Below, piece by piece: positions 26,431 to 36,663 of a DNA stretch of 64,000 bases (within the stretch, counting starts at the first letter, position 1; every line of letters begins with the position of its first letter). Both the position numbers and the translations under genes were made by a program. The notes under the pieces are model-generated. The model was not told the origin of the DNA. It worked only from the letters and a program-made list of their open reading frames with translations, and made no database searches. The stretch is taken from NCBI GenBank assembly GCA_038087875.1, contig CM075987.1, positions 17,362,001-17,426,000 on the forward strand, read 5' to 3'. The DNA is from Malacoraja senta. Taxonomy: Eukaryota.

Positions 26431-29400
26431 AAAGACTTTTCAGAAAATGTGTTGGTTGCTTACAAAGCGTTTGCCAAGTTGGCTTGGCATTTAAAGACTC
26501 TTCAGAACATGTGTTGGTTGCTTGCAAAGCGTTTGGCAAGTTGGTTCGGCTTTTAAAGACTCTTCAGAAAATGTGTGGGTTGCTTGCAAAGCGTTTGGCA
26601 AGTTGGCTTGGCCTTTAAAGGCTCTTCAGAAAATGTGTTAGCTGCTTGCAAAGCTTTTGGCAAGTTGGCTTTGCTTTTAATGACTCTTCTGAAAATGTGT
26701 TGGTTGCTTGCAAAGTGTTTGCCAAGTTGGCTTGGCTTTTAAAGACTTCAGAAAATGGGTTGGTTGCTTGCAAAGTGTTTGCCAAGTTGGCTTGGCTTTC
26801 AAAGACTCTTCAGAAAACGGGTTGGTTGCTTGGAAAGTGTTTTCTAAATTGGCTTTGCTTTTAAAGACTTCAGAAAACGTGTTCGTTGCTTGCAAAGCGT
26901 TAGCCATGTTGGCTTGTCTTTTAACGACTCTTCAGAAAAGTTGTTAGTTGCTTCCAAAGTGTTTGCCAAATTGGCTTGGGTTTTAAAGACTTCAGAAAAT
27001 GGGTTGGTTGCTTGCAAAGTGTTTGCCAAGTTGGCTTGGATTTTAAACACTCTTCAGAAAATGTGTTGGTTGCTTGCAAAGTGTTTGCCATATTGGCTTG
27101 GCTTTTAAAGACTTCAGAAAATGTGTTGGTTGCTTGCAAAGTGTTTGCCAAGTTGGCTTGGCTTTTAAAGACTCTTCAGAAAATATGTTGGTTGCTTGCA
27201 AAGTGTTTGCCAAGTTGGCTTGGCTTTTAAAGACTCTTCAGTAAATGTGTTGGTTGCATGCAAAGTGTTTGCCAAGTTTGCTTGGCTTTTAAATACTTCG
27301 GAAAATGTGTTGGTTGCTTGCAAAGCGTTTGTCAAGTTGGCTTGGCTTTTAAAGACTCTTCAGAAAATGTGTTCGTGGCTTGCAAAGCGTTTGGTAAGTT
27401 GGCTTGGCTTTCAAAGACTCTTCAGAAAATGTGTTGGTTGTTGCAAAGCGTTTGGCAAGTTGGGTTGGCTTTTAAAGACTTCAGAAAATGTGTGTGTTGG
27501 TTGCTTGCTTGCAAAGCGTTTGCCAAGTTGGCTTGGCTTTTAAAGACTCTTCAGAAAATGTCTTGGTTGCTTGCAAAGTGTTTGCCAAGTTGGCTTGGCT
27601 TTTAAAGACTTCAGAAAATGTGTTGGTTCCTTGCAAAGTGTTTGCCAAGTTGGCTTGGGTTTTAAAGACTTCAGAATATGTGTTGGTTGCTTGCAAAGCG
27701 TTTGCCAAGTTGGCTTGCCTTTTAAAGACTCTTCAGAAAATGTGTTGGTTGCTTGCAAAGTGTTTGCTAAGTTGGCTTGGCTTTTAAAGACTTCAGAAAA
27801 TGTGTTGGTTGCTTCCAAAGTGTTTTCCAAGTTGGCTTGGCTTTTAAAGACTTTTCAGAAAATGTGTTGGTTGCTTACAAAGCGTTTTCCAAGTTGGCTT
27901 GGCATTTAAATACTCTTCAGAACATGTGTTGGTTGCTTGCAAAGCGTTTGGCAAGTTGGTTCGGCTTTTAAAGACTCTTCAGAAAATGTGTGGGTTGCTT
28001 GCAAAGCGTTTGGCAAGTTGGCTTGGCCTTTAAAGGCTCTTCAGAAAATGTGTTAGCTGCTTGCAAAGCTTTTGGCAAGTTGGCTTTGCTTTTAATGACT
28101 CTTCAGAAAATGTGTTGGTTGCTTGCAAAGCGTTTGGCAAGTTGGCTTGGCTTTTAAAGACTTCAGAAAATGTGTTGGTTGCTTGCTTGCAAAGCGTTTG
28201 CCAAGTTGGCTTGGCTTTTAAAGACTCTTCAGTAAATGTGTTGGTTGCTTGCAAAGTGTTTGCCAAGTTGGCTTTTAAAGAACCTTCAGAAAATGTCTTG
28301 GTTGCTTGCAAGGCGTTTGCCAAGTTGTCTTGGCTTTTAAAGACTCTTCAGAAAATGTCTTGGTTGCTGCAAAGCGTCTGCCAAGTTGGCTTGGCTTTTA
28401 AAGACACTTGAGAAAATGTGTTGGTTGCTTGCAAAGCATTTGGCAAGTTGGCTTGGCTTTTAAAGACTCTTCAGAAAACGTGTTGGTTGCTTGCAATGTG
28501 TTTTCCAAGTTGGCTTGGGTTTTAAAGACTCTTCAGAAAATGTGTTGGTTGTTTGCAAAGTGTTTGCCAAGTTGGCTTGGCTTTTAAAGACTCTTCAGTA
28601 AATGTGTTGGTTGCTTGTAAAGTGTTTGCCAAGTTGGCTTGGCTTTTGAAGACTCTTCAGAATATGGGTTGGTTGCTTGCAAAGTGTTTGCCAAATTCGC
28701 TTGGCTTTTAAAGACTTCAGAAAATGTGTGGGATGCTTGCAAAGCGTTTGGCAAGTTGGCTTGGCTTTTAAAGACTTCAGTAAATGTGTGGGTTGCTTGC
28801 AAAGTGTTTGCCAAATTGGCTTGGCTTTTAAAGACTCTTCAGAAAATGGATTGGTTGCTTGTTAAGTGTTTGCCAAGTTGGCTTGGCTTTTAAAGACTCT
28901 TCAGAAAATGTGTTGGTTGCTTGCAAAGCGTTTGGCATGTTGGGTTGGCTTTTAAAGACTCTTCAGAAAATGTGTTGGTTGCTTGCAAAGCGTTTGCAAA
29001 GTTGGCTTGACTTTTAAAGACTCTTCAGAAAATGTGTTGGTTACTTGCAAAGCGTTTGCCAAGATGGCTTGGCTTTTAAAGACTCTTCAGAAAATGTGTT
29101 GGTTGCTTGCAAAGCGTTTGCCAAGTTGGCTTTTAAAGAACCTTCAGAAAATGTGTTGGTTGCTTGCAAGGCGTTTGACAAGCTGTCTTGGCTTTTAAAG
29201 ACTCTTCAGAAAATGTCTTGGTTGCTTGCAAAGCGTTTGCCAAGTTGGCTTGGCTTTTGAAGACACTTCAGAAAAAGGGTTGGTTGCTTGCAAAGCATTT
29301 GGCAAGTTGGCATGGCTTTTAAAGACTCTTCAGAAAACGGGTTGGTTGCTTGCAAAGTGTTTTCCAAATTGGCTTGGCTTTTAAAGACTTCAGAAAACGT

Positions 29401-32400
29401 GTTGGTTGCTTGCAAAGCGTTTGCCAAGTTGGCTTGGCTTTTAAAGACTCTTCAGAAAATGTGTTGCTTGCTTAAAAAGTGTTTGCCAAATTCGCTTGGC
29501 TTTTAATGACTTCTGAAAATGGGCTGGTTGCTTGCAAAATGTTTGCCAAGTTGGCTTGGCTTTTAAAGACTTCATAAAATGGGTTGGTTGCTTGCAAAGT
29601 GTTTGCCAATTTGGCTTGACATAAAGACTCATCAGAAAATGTGTTGGTTGCTTCCAAAGTGTTTGCCATATTGCCTTGGCTTTTAAAGACTTCAGAAAAT
29701 GGGTTGGTTGCTTGCAAAGTGTTTGCCAAGTTGGCTTGGCTTTTAAAGACCCTTCAGAAAATGTGTTGGTTGCTTGCAAAGTGTTTGCCAAGTTTGCTTG
29801 GCTTTTACAGACTCTTAAGAAAATGTGTTGGTTGCTTGTAAAGTGTTTGCCAAGTTGGCTTGGCTTTTAAAGACTTCAGAAAATGTGTGGGTTGCTTGCA
29901 AAGCGTTGGCCAAGTTGGATTGGCTTTTAAAGACCCTTCAGAAAACGTGTTAGTTGCTTGCAAAGCGTTTGGCAAGTTGGCTTGGCTTTTAAAGAGTCTT
30001 CGGAAAATGTGTTGGTTGCTTGCAAAGCGTTTGCCAAGTTGTCTTGGCTTTTAGAGACTTCAATAAATGTCTTGGTTGCTTGCAGAGCGTTTGCCAAGTT
30101 GGCTTGGCTTTTAAAGAATCTTCAGAAAATGCGGTGGTTGCTTGCAAAGCGTTTGGCAAGTTGGCTTGGCTTTTAAAGACTCTTCAGAAAATGTGTTGGT
30201 TGCCTGCAAAGCGTTTGCCGAATTGGTTTGGCTTTTAAAGTCTTCAGAAAATGTGTTGGTTGCTTGCAAAGCGTTTGCCAAGTTGGCTTGGCTTTTAAAG
30301 ACTTCAGAAAATGTGTAGGTTGCTTGCTTGCAAAGCGTTTCCCAAGTTGGCTTGGCTTTTAAAGACTCTTCAGAGAATGTGTTGGTTGCTTGCAAAGTGT
30401 TTGCCAATTTGGCTTGGCTTTTAAAGACCTCTGAAAATGGGTTGGTTGCTTGCAAAGTGTTTGCCAAGTTGGCTTGGCTTTTAATGACTCTTCAGAAAAT
30501 GTGTTGGTTGCTTGCAAAGTTTTTGCCAAGTTGGCTTGGCTTTTAAAGACTCTTCAGAAAATGGGTTGGTTGCTTGCAAAGTGTTTGCCAAATTGGCTTG
30601 GCTTTTAAAGACTCTTCAGAAAACATGTGGGTTGCTTGCAAAGCGTTTGGCAAGTTCGCTTAGCTTTTAAGGACCCTTCAGAAAATGTGTGGGTTGCTTG
30701 CAAAGCGTTTGCCAAGTTGGATTGGCTTTTGAAGACCCTTCAGAAAATGTGTTAGTTGCTTGCAAAGCGTTTGGCAAGTTGGCTTGGCTTTTAAAGAGTC
30801 TTCGGAAAATATGTTGGTTGCTTGCAAAGCGTTTCCCAAGTTGTCTTGGCTTTTAGAGACTCTTCAGAAAATGTCTTGGTTGCTTGCAAAGCGTTTGCCA
30901 AGTTGCCTTTGCTTTTAAAGACTCTTCAGAAAATGTGTTGGTTGCTTGCAAAGTGTTTGCTAAGTTGGCTTGGCTTTTAAAGACTTCAGAAAATGTGTTG
31001 GTTGCTTGCAAAGTGTTTTCCAAGTTGGCTTGGCTTTTAAATACTTCAGAAAATAGGTTGGTGGCTTGCAAAGTGTTTGCCAAATTGGCTTGGCTTTTAA
31101 AGAGTCTTCAGAAAATGTGTGGATTGCTTGCAAAGCGTTTGGCAAGTTGGCTTGTCTTTTAAAGACTCTTCGGTAAATGTGTGGGTTGCTTGCAAAGCGT
31201 TTGGCAAGTTGGCTTGGCTTTTAAAGACTTCAGAAAATGTGTGGGTTGCTTGTAAAGCGTTTGCCAAGTTGGCTTGGCTTTTAGAGACTCTTCAGAAAAT
31301 GTATTGGTTGCTTGCAAAGCGTTTGCCAAGTTGCCTTTGCCTTTATAGATTCTTCAGAAAATGTCTTGGTTGCTTGCAAAGCGTTTGCCAAGTTGTCATG
31401 GCTTTTAAAGACTTCAGAAAATGTGTTGGTTGCTTGCAAAGTGTTTGCCAAGTTGGCTTGGCTTTTAAAGACTTTTCAGAAAATGTGTTGGTTGCTTGCA
31501 AAGCGTTTGGCAAGTTGGTTCGGCTTTTAAAGACTCTTCAGAAAATGTGTGGGTTGCTTGCAAAGCGTATGGCAAGTTGGCTTGGCTTTTAAAGACTCTT
31601 CAGAAAATGTGTTAGCTGCTTGCAAAGCTTTTGGCAAGTTGGCTTGCCTTTTAATGACTGTTCTGAAAATGGTCTGGTTGCTTGCAAAGTGTTTGCCAAA
31701 TTGGCTTGGCTTTTAAAGACTTCAGAAAATGTGTGGGTTGCTTGCAAAGCGTTTGGCAAGTTGGCTTGTCTTTTAAAGACTCTTCAGTAAATGTGTGGGT
31801 TGCTTGAAAAGCGTTTGGCAAGTTGGCTTGGCTTTTAAAAACTCTTCAAAACATGTGTTGGTTGCTTGCAAAGCGTTTGCCAAGTCCGCTTGGCTTTTAA
31901 AGACTCTTCAGAAAATGTGTTGATTGTTTGCAAAGCGTTTGGCAAGTTGGCTTGGCTTTTAAAGACTCTTCAGTAAATGTGTTGGTTGCTTGCAAAGTGT
32001 TTGCCAAATTGGCTTGGCTTTCAAAATCTTCAGAAAATGGGTTGGTTGCTTGCAAAGTGTTTGCCAAATTGGCTTGGGTTTATAAAGACTTCAGAAAACG
32101 TGTGGGTTGCTTGCAAAGCGTTTGGCAAGTTGGCTTGGCTTTTAAAGACTTAAGTAAATGTGCGGGTTGCTTGCAAAGCGTTTGGCAAGTTGGCTTGGCT
32201 TTTAAAGACTTCAGAAAATGTGTGGGTTGCTTGCAAAGCGTTTGGCAAGATGGCTTGGTTTTTGAAGACTCTTCAGAAAATGTGTTAGTTGCTTGCAAAG
32301 CGTTTGGCAAGTTGGCTTGGCTTTTAAAGACTCTTCAGAACATGTCTTGGTTGCTTGCAAACCGTTTGCCAAGTTGCCTTTGCTTTTAAAGACTCTTCAG

Positions 32401-34874
32401 AAAATGTCTTGGTTGCTTGCAAAGCGTTTGCCAAGTTGTCATGGCTTTTAAAGACTTCAGAAAATGTGTTGGTTACTTGGAAAGTGTTTGCTAAGGTGGC
32501 TTGGCTTTTAAAGACTTCAGAAAATGTCTTGGTTTCTTGCAAAGCGTTTGCCAAGTCGGCTTGGCTTTTAAAGACTCTTCAGAAAATGTGGTGGTTGCTC
32601 GCAAAGCGTTTGCCAAGTTGGCTTGGCTTTTAAAGACTCTTCAGAACACGTGTTGGTTGCTTGCAAAGCGTTTGCCAAGTCGGCTTGGCTTTTAAAGACT
32701 CTTCAGAAAATGTGGTGTTTGCTTGCAAAGCGTTTGCCAAGTTGGCTTGGCTTTTAAAGACTCTTCAGAAAATGTGTTGGTTGTTTGCAAAGCGTTTGGC
32801 AAGTTGGCTTGGCTTTTAAAATCTTCAGAAAACGGGTTGGTTGCTTGCAAAGTGTTTGCCAAATTGGCTTGGCTTTTAAAGACTCTTCAGAAAACGTGTG
32901 GGTTGCTTGCAAAGCGTTTGGCAAGTTGGCTTAGCTTTTAAAGACTTCAGAAAATGGGTTGGTTGCTTGCAAAGAGTTTGCCAAATTGGCTTGGCTTTTA
33001 AAGACTCTTCAGAAAATGTGTGGGTTGCTTGCAAAGCGTTTGGCAAGTTGGCTTGTCTTGTAAAGACTCTTCAGTAAATGTGTGGGTTGCTTGAAAAGCG
33101 TTTGGCAAGTTGGCTTGGCTTTTAAAGACTCTTAAGTAAATGTGTGGGTTGCTTGCAAAGCGTTTGGCAAGTTGGCTTAGCTTTTAAGGACTCTTCAGAA
33201 AATGTGTGGGTTGCTTGCAAAGCGTTTGCCAAGTTGGATTGGCTTTTGAAAACCCTTCAGAAAATGTGTTAGTTGCTTGCAAAGCGTTTGGCAAGTTGGC
33301 TTGGCTTTTAAAGAGTCTTCGGAAAATGTGTTGGTTGCTTGCAAAGCGTTTGCCAAGTTGTCTTGGCTACTAGAGACTCTTCAGAAAATGTATTGGTTGC
33401 TTGCATAGCGTTTGCCAAGTTGCCTTTGCTTTTAATGACTCTTCAGAAAATGTCTTGGTTGCTTGAAAAGCGTTTGGCAAGTTGGCTTGGCTTTTAAAGA
33501 CTCTTCAAAACATGTGTTGGTTGCTTGCAAAGCGTTTTCCAAGTCGGCTTGGCTTTTAAAGACTCTTCAGAAAATGTGGTGGTTGCTTGCAGAGCGTTTG
33601 CCAAGTTGGCTTGGCTTTTGAAGACTCTTCTGAAAATGTGGTGTTTGCTTGCAAAGCGTTTGCCAAGTTGGCTTGTCTTTTAAAGACTCTGCAGAAAATG
33701 TGTTGGTTGCTTGCAAAGCGTTTGGCAAGTTGGCGTGGCTTTTAAAGACTTCAGAAAATGTGTTGGTTGCTTGCAAAGCGTTTGCCAAGTTGGCTTTGCC
33801 TTTAAAGACTCTTCAGTAAATGTGTGGGTTGCTTGCAAAGCGTTTGGCAAGTTGGCTCGGCTTTTAAAGACCCTTCAGAGAGTGTGTGGGTTGCTTGTAA
33901 AGTGTTTGCAAATTGACTTGGCTTTTAAAGACTCTTCAGAAAATTTGTTGGTTGCTTGCAAAGTGTTTGCCAAGTTGGCTTGGCTTTTAAAGACTTGAGA
34001 AAATGTGTTGGTTGCTTGCAAAGTGTTTGCCAAATTGCCTTGGCTTTTAAAGACTCTTCAGAAAATGGGTTGGTTGCTTGCAAAGTGTTTGCCAAGTTGG
34101 CTTGGCTTTTAAAGACTCTTCAGAAAATGTGTTGGTTGACTGCAAAGTGTTTGCCAAGTTGGCTTGGCTTTTAAAGACTCTTCAAAAAATGTGTTGGTTG
34201 CTTGCAAAGTGTTTGCCAAGTTGGCTTGGCTTTTAAAGACTCTTCAGAAAATGTCTTGGTTGCTTGCAAAGCGTTTGGCAAGTTGGCTTGGCTTCTAAAG
34301 AGTCTTCACTAAATGTGTGGGTTGCTTGCAAAGCGTTTGCCAAGTTGGCTTGGCTTTTAAACTCTTCAGAAAATGGGTTGGTTGCTTGCAAAGTGTTTGC
34401 CAAGTTGGCTTGGCTTTTAAAGACTTCACAAAATGTGTTGGTTGCTTGCAAAGTGTTTGCCAAATTGGCTTGGCTTTTAACGACTCTTCAGACTATGTGT
34501 GGGTAGCTTGCAAAGTGTTTGCCAAGTTGGCTTGGCTTTTAAAGACTCTTCAGTAAATGTGTGGGTTGCTTGCAAAGCGTTTGGCAAGTTGGCTTGACTT
34601 CTAAAGACTCTTCAGAAAATGTGTGGGTTGCTTGCAAAGCGTTTGGCAAGTTGGCTTGGCTTTTAAAGACTCTTCAGAAAATGTGTTAGTTGCTTGCAAA
34701 GCGCTTGGCAAGTTGGCTTGGGTTTTAAAGACTCTTCAGAAAATGTGTGGGTTGCTTGCAAAGCGTTTGGCAAGTTGGCTTGATTCTAAAGACTCTTCAG
34801 TAAATGTGTGGGTTGCTGGCAAAGCGTTTGCCAAGTTGGCTTGGCTTTTAAAGACTCTTCAGAAAATGTGTTGG

Positions 34875-35025
34875 GGCTGTGATATTTTGTGAGGCGGAGG
34901 CGACGGTAGAAGCGTTCCAAGTCATGGAGGGTCTGAAGAAGGATTTCGGCCCGAAACGTTACCTATTTCCTTCGCTCCATAGATGCTGCTGCACCCGCTG
35001 AGTTTCTCCAGCATTTTTGTGTCCC
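34875..35025 (+). mobile_element. 151-bp non-satellite insertion, copy 1; probable non-autonomous or truncated Penelope-like retroelement fragment
   Basis: The satellite breaks after TCAGAAAATGTGTTGG and resumes at TCAGAAAATGTGATGG (35026). The insert GGCTGTGATATTTTG...CATTTTTGTGTCCC matches copy 2 except at 34943 (A vs G). It contains a hammerhead core. The Penelope assignment is inferred from the ribozyme type. Confidence 0.75.
34924..34980 (+). ncRNA. Minimal type I hammerhead ribozyme motif (copy 1, A-C mismatch in stem II)
   Basis: Same elements as copy 2: CTGAAGA 34933-39, GAAA 34953-56, predicted cleavage after 34960. Stem II reads GGAT-TTCG-GCCC, so one G-C pair is lost at 34943. Confidence 0.65.
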
Positions 35026-36512
35026 TCAGAAAATGTGATGGTTGCTTGCAAAGTGTTTGCCAAATTGGCTTGGCTTTTAAAGACTTCAGAAAATGGGTTG
35101 GTTGCTTGCAAAGTGTTTGCCAAGTTGGCTTGGCTTTTAAAGACTCTTCAGAAAATGTGTTGGTTGCTTGCAAAGTGTTTGCCAAGTTGGCTTGGCTTTT
35201 AAAGACTCTTCAGAAAATGTGTTGGTGGCTTGCAAAGTGTTTGACAAGTTGGCTTGGATTTTATAGACTCCAGAAAATGGGTTGGTTGCTTGCAAAGTGT
35301 TTGCCAAGTTGGCTTGGATTTTAAAGACTCTTCAGAAAATGTGTTGGTTGCTTGCAAAGTGTTTGCCAAATTGGCTTGGCTTTTAAAGACTCTTCAGAAA
35401 ATGTGTTGGTTGCTTGCAAAGTGTTTGCCAAGTTGGCTTGGCTTTTAAAGACTCTTCAGAAAATGTCTTGGTTGCTTGCAAAGCGTTTGGCAAGTTGGCT
35501 TGGCTTCTAAAGAGTCTTCACTAAATGTGTGGGTTGCTTGCAAAGCGTTTGCCAAGTTGGCTTGGCTTTTAAACTCTTCAGAAAATGGGTTGGTTGCTTG
35601 CAAAGTGTTTGCCAAGTTGGCTTGGCTTTTAACGACTCTTCAGACTATGTGTGGGTTGCTTGCAAAGTGTTTGCCAAATTGGCTTGGCTTTTAAAGACTT
35701 CAGAAAATGGGTTGGTTGCTTGCAAAGTGTTTGCCAAGTTGGCTTGGCTTTTAAACTCTTCAGAAAATGGGTTGGTTGCTTGCAAAGTGTTTGCCAAATT
35801 GGCTTGGCTTTTAACGACTCTTCAGACTATGTGTGGGTTGCTTGCAAAGTGTTTGCCAAGTTGGCTTGGCTTTTAAAGACTCTTCAGTAAATGTGTGGGT
35901 TGCTTGCAAAGCGTTTGGCAAGTTGGCTTGACTTCTAAAGACTCTTCAGAAAATGTGTGGGTTGCTTGCAAAGCGTTTGGCAAGTTGGCTTGGCTTTTAA
36001 AGACTCTTCAGAAAATGTGTTAGTTGCTTGCAAAGCGCTTGGCAAGTTGGCTTGGGTTTTAAAGACTCTTCAGAAAATGTGTGGGTTGCTTGCAAAGCGT
36101 TTGGCAAGTTGGCTTGATTCTAAAGACTCTTCAGTAAATGTGTGGGTTGCTGGCAAAGCGTTTGCCAAGTTGGCTTGGCTTTTAAAGACTTCAGAAAATG
36201 TCTTGGTTCCTTGCAAAGTGTTTGCCAAGGTGGCTTGCCTTTTAAAGACTTCAGAAATTGTGTTGGTTGCTTGCAAAGTGTTTGCCAAGTTGGCTTGGCT
36301 TTTAAGGACTCTTCAAAAAATATGTTTGTTGCTTGCAAAGTGTTTTCCAAGTTGGCTTAGCTTTTAAAGACTCCTCAGAAAATGTGTTGGTTGCTTGTAA
36401 AGTGTCTGCCAAATTGGCTTGGCTTTTAAAGACTTCAGAAAATGTGTTGTTTGCTTGCAAAGTGTTTGCCAATTTGGCTTGGCTTTTAAAGACACTTCAG
36501 AAAATGTGATGG
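35026..36512. repeat. Satellite DNA, about 24 monomers between the two inserts
   Basis: Same 60/62-bp monomer in the same orientation. Confidence 0.98.
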
Positions 36513-36663
36513 GGCTGTGATATTTTGTGAGGCGGAGGCGACGGTAGAAGCGTTCCAAGTCATGGAGGGTCTGAAGAAGGGTTTCGGCCCGAAACGTTAC
36601 CTATTTCCTTCGCTCCATAGATGCTGCTGCACCCGCTGAGTTTCTCCAGCATTTTTGTGTCCC
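36513..36663 (+). mobile_element. 151-bp non-satellite insertion, copy 2, with 16-bp target-site duplication; probable Penelope-like retroelement fragment
   Basis: Flanked on both sides by TCAGAAAATGTGATGG (36497-36512 and 36664-36679). Both flanks carry the uncommon TGTGATGG variant instead of consensus TGTGTTGG. Confidence 0.8.
36562..36618 (+). ncRNA. Minimal type I hammerhead ribozyme motif (copy 2, intact stem II)
   Basis: Stem I: GGT (36568-70)/ACC (36599-601), possibly extended by ATGGAG (36562-67)/CTCCAT (36613-18). Core CTGAAGA (36571-77) plus one extra A. Stem II GGGT-TTCG-GCCC (36579-90). GAAA (36591-94). Palindromic ACGT in place of stem III. Predicted cleavage after GTT at 36598. 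Confidence 0.75.

Larger units (their letters stand above)
1..34874. repeat. Satellite DNA array, 60/62-bp monomer, left arm (continues off the window start)
   Basis: Uninterrupted head-to-tail copies of CAGAAAATGTGTTGGTTGCTTGCAAAGYGTTTGCCAAGTTGGCTTGGCTTTTAAAGACT(CT)T. The first lines align in register at 60 bp. Length variants: +/-CT, +TTGC, -TTGGC. Confidence 0.99.

Noticed and set aside
34875..35025. Insert as a tRNA-derived SINE or a MITE
   Set aside because: No convincing A/B boxes or cloverleaf, no poly(A) or simple-repeat tail, and no terminal inverted repeats.
34922..35324. ORFs crossing the insert (34922-35185 minus, 34983-35324 plus, and their copies at 36560-36962)
   Set aside because: Short chimeric read-throughs of satellite and insert with no recognisable reverse transcriptase or endonuclease motif.
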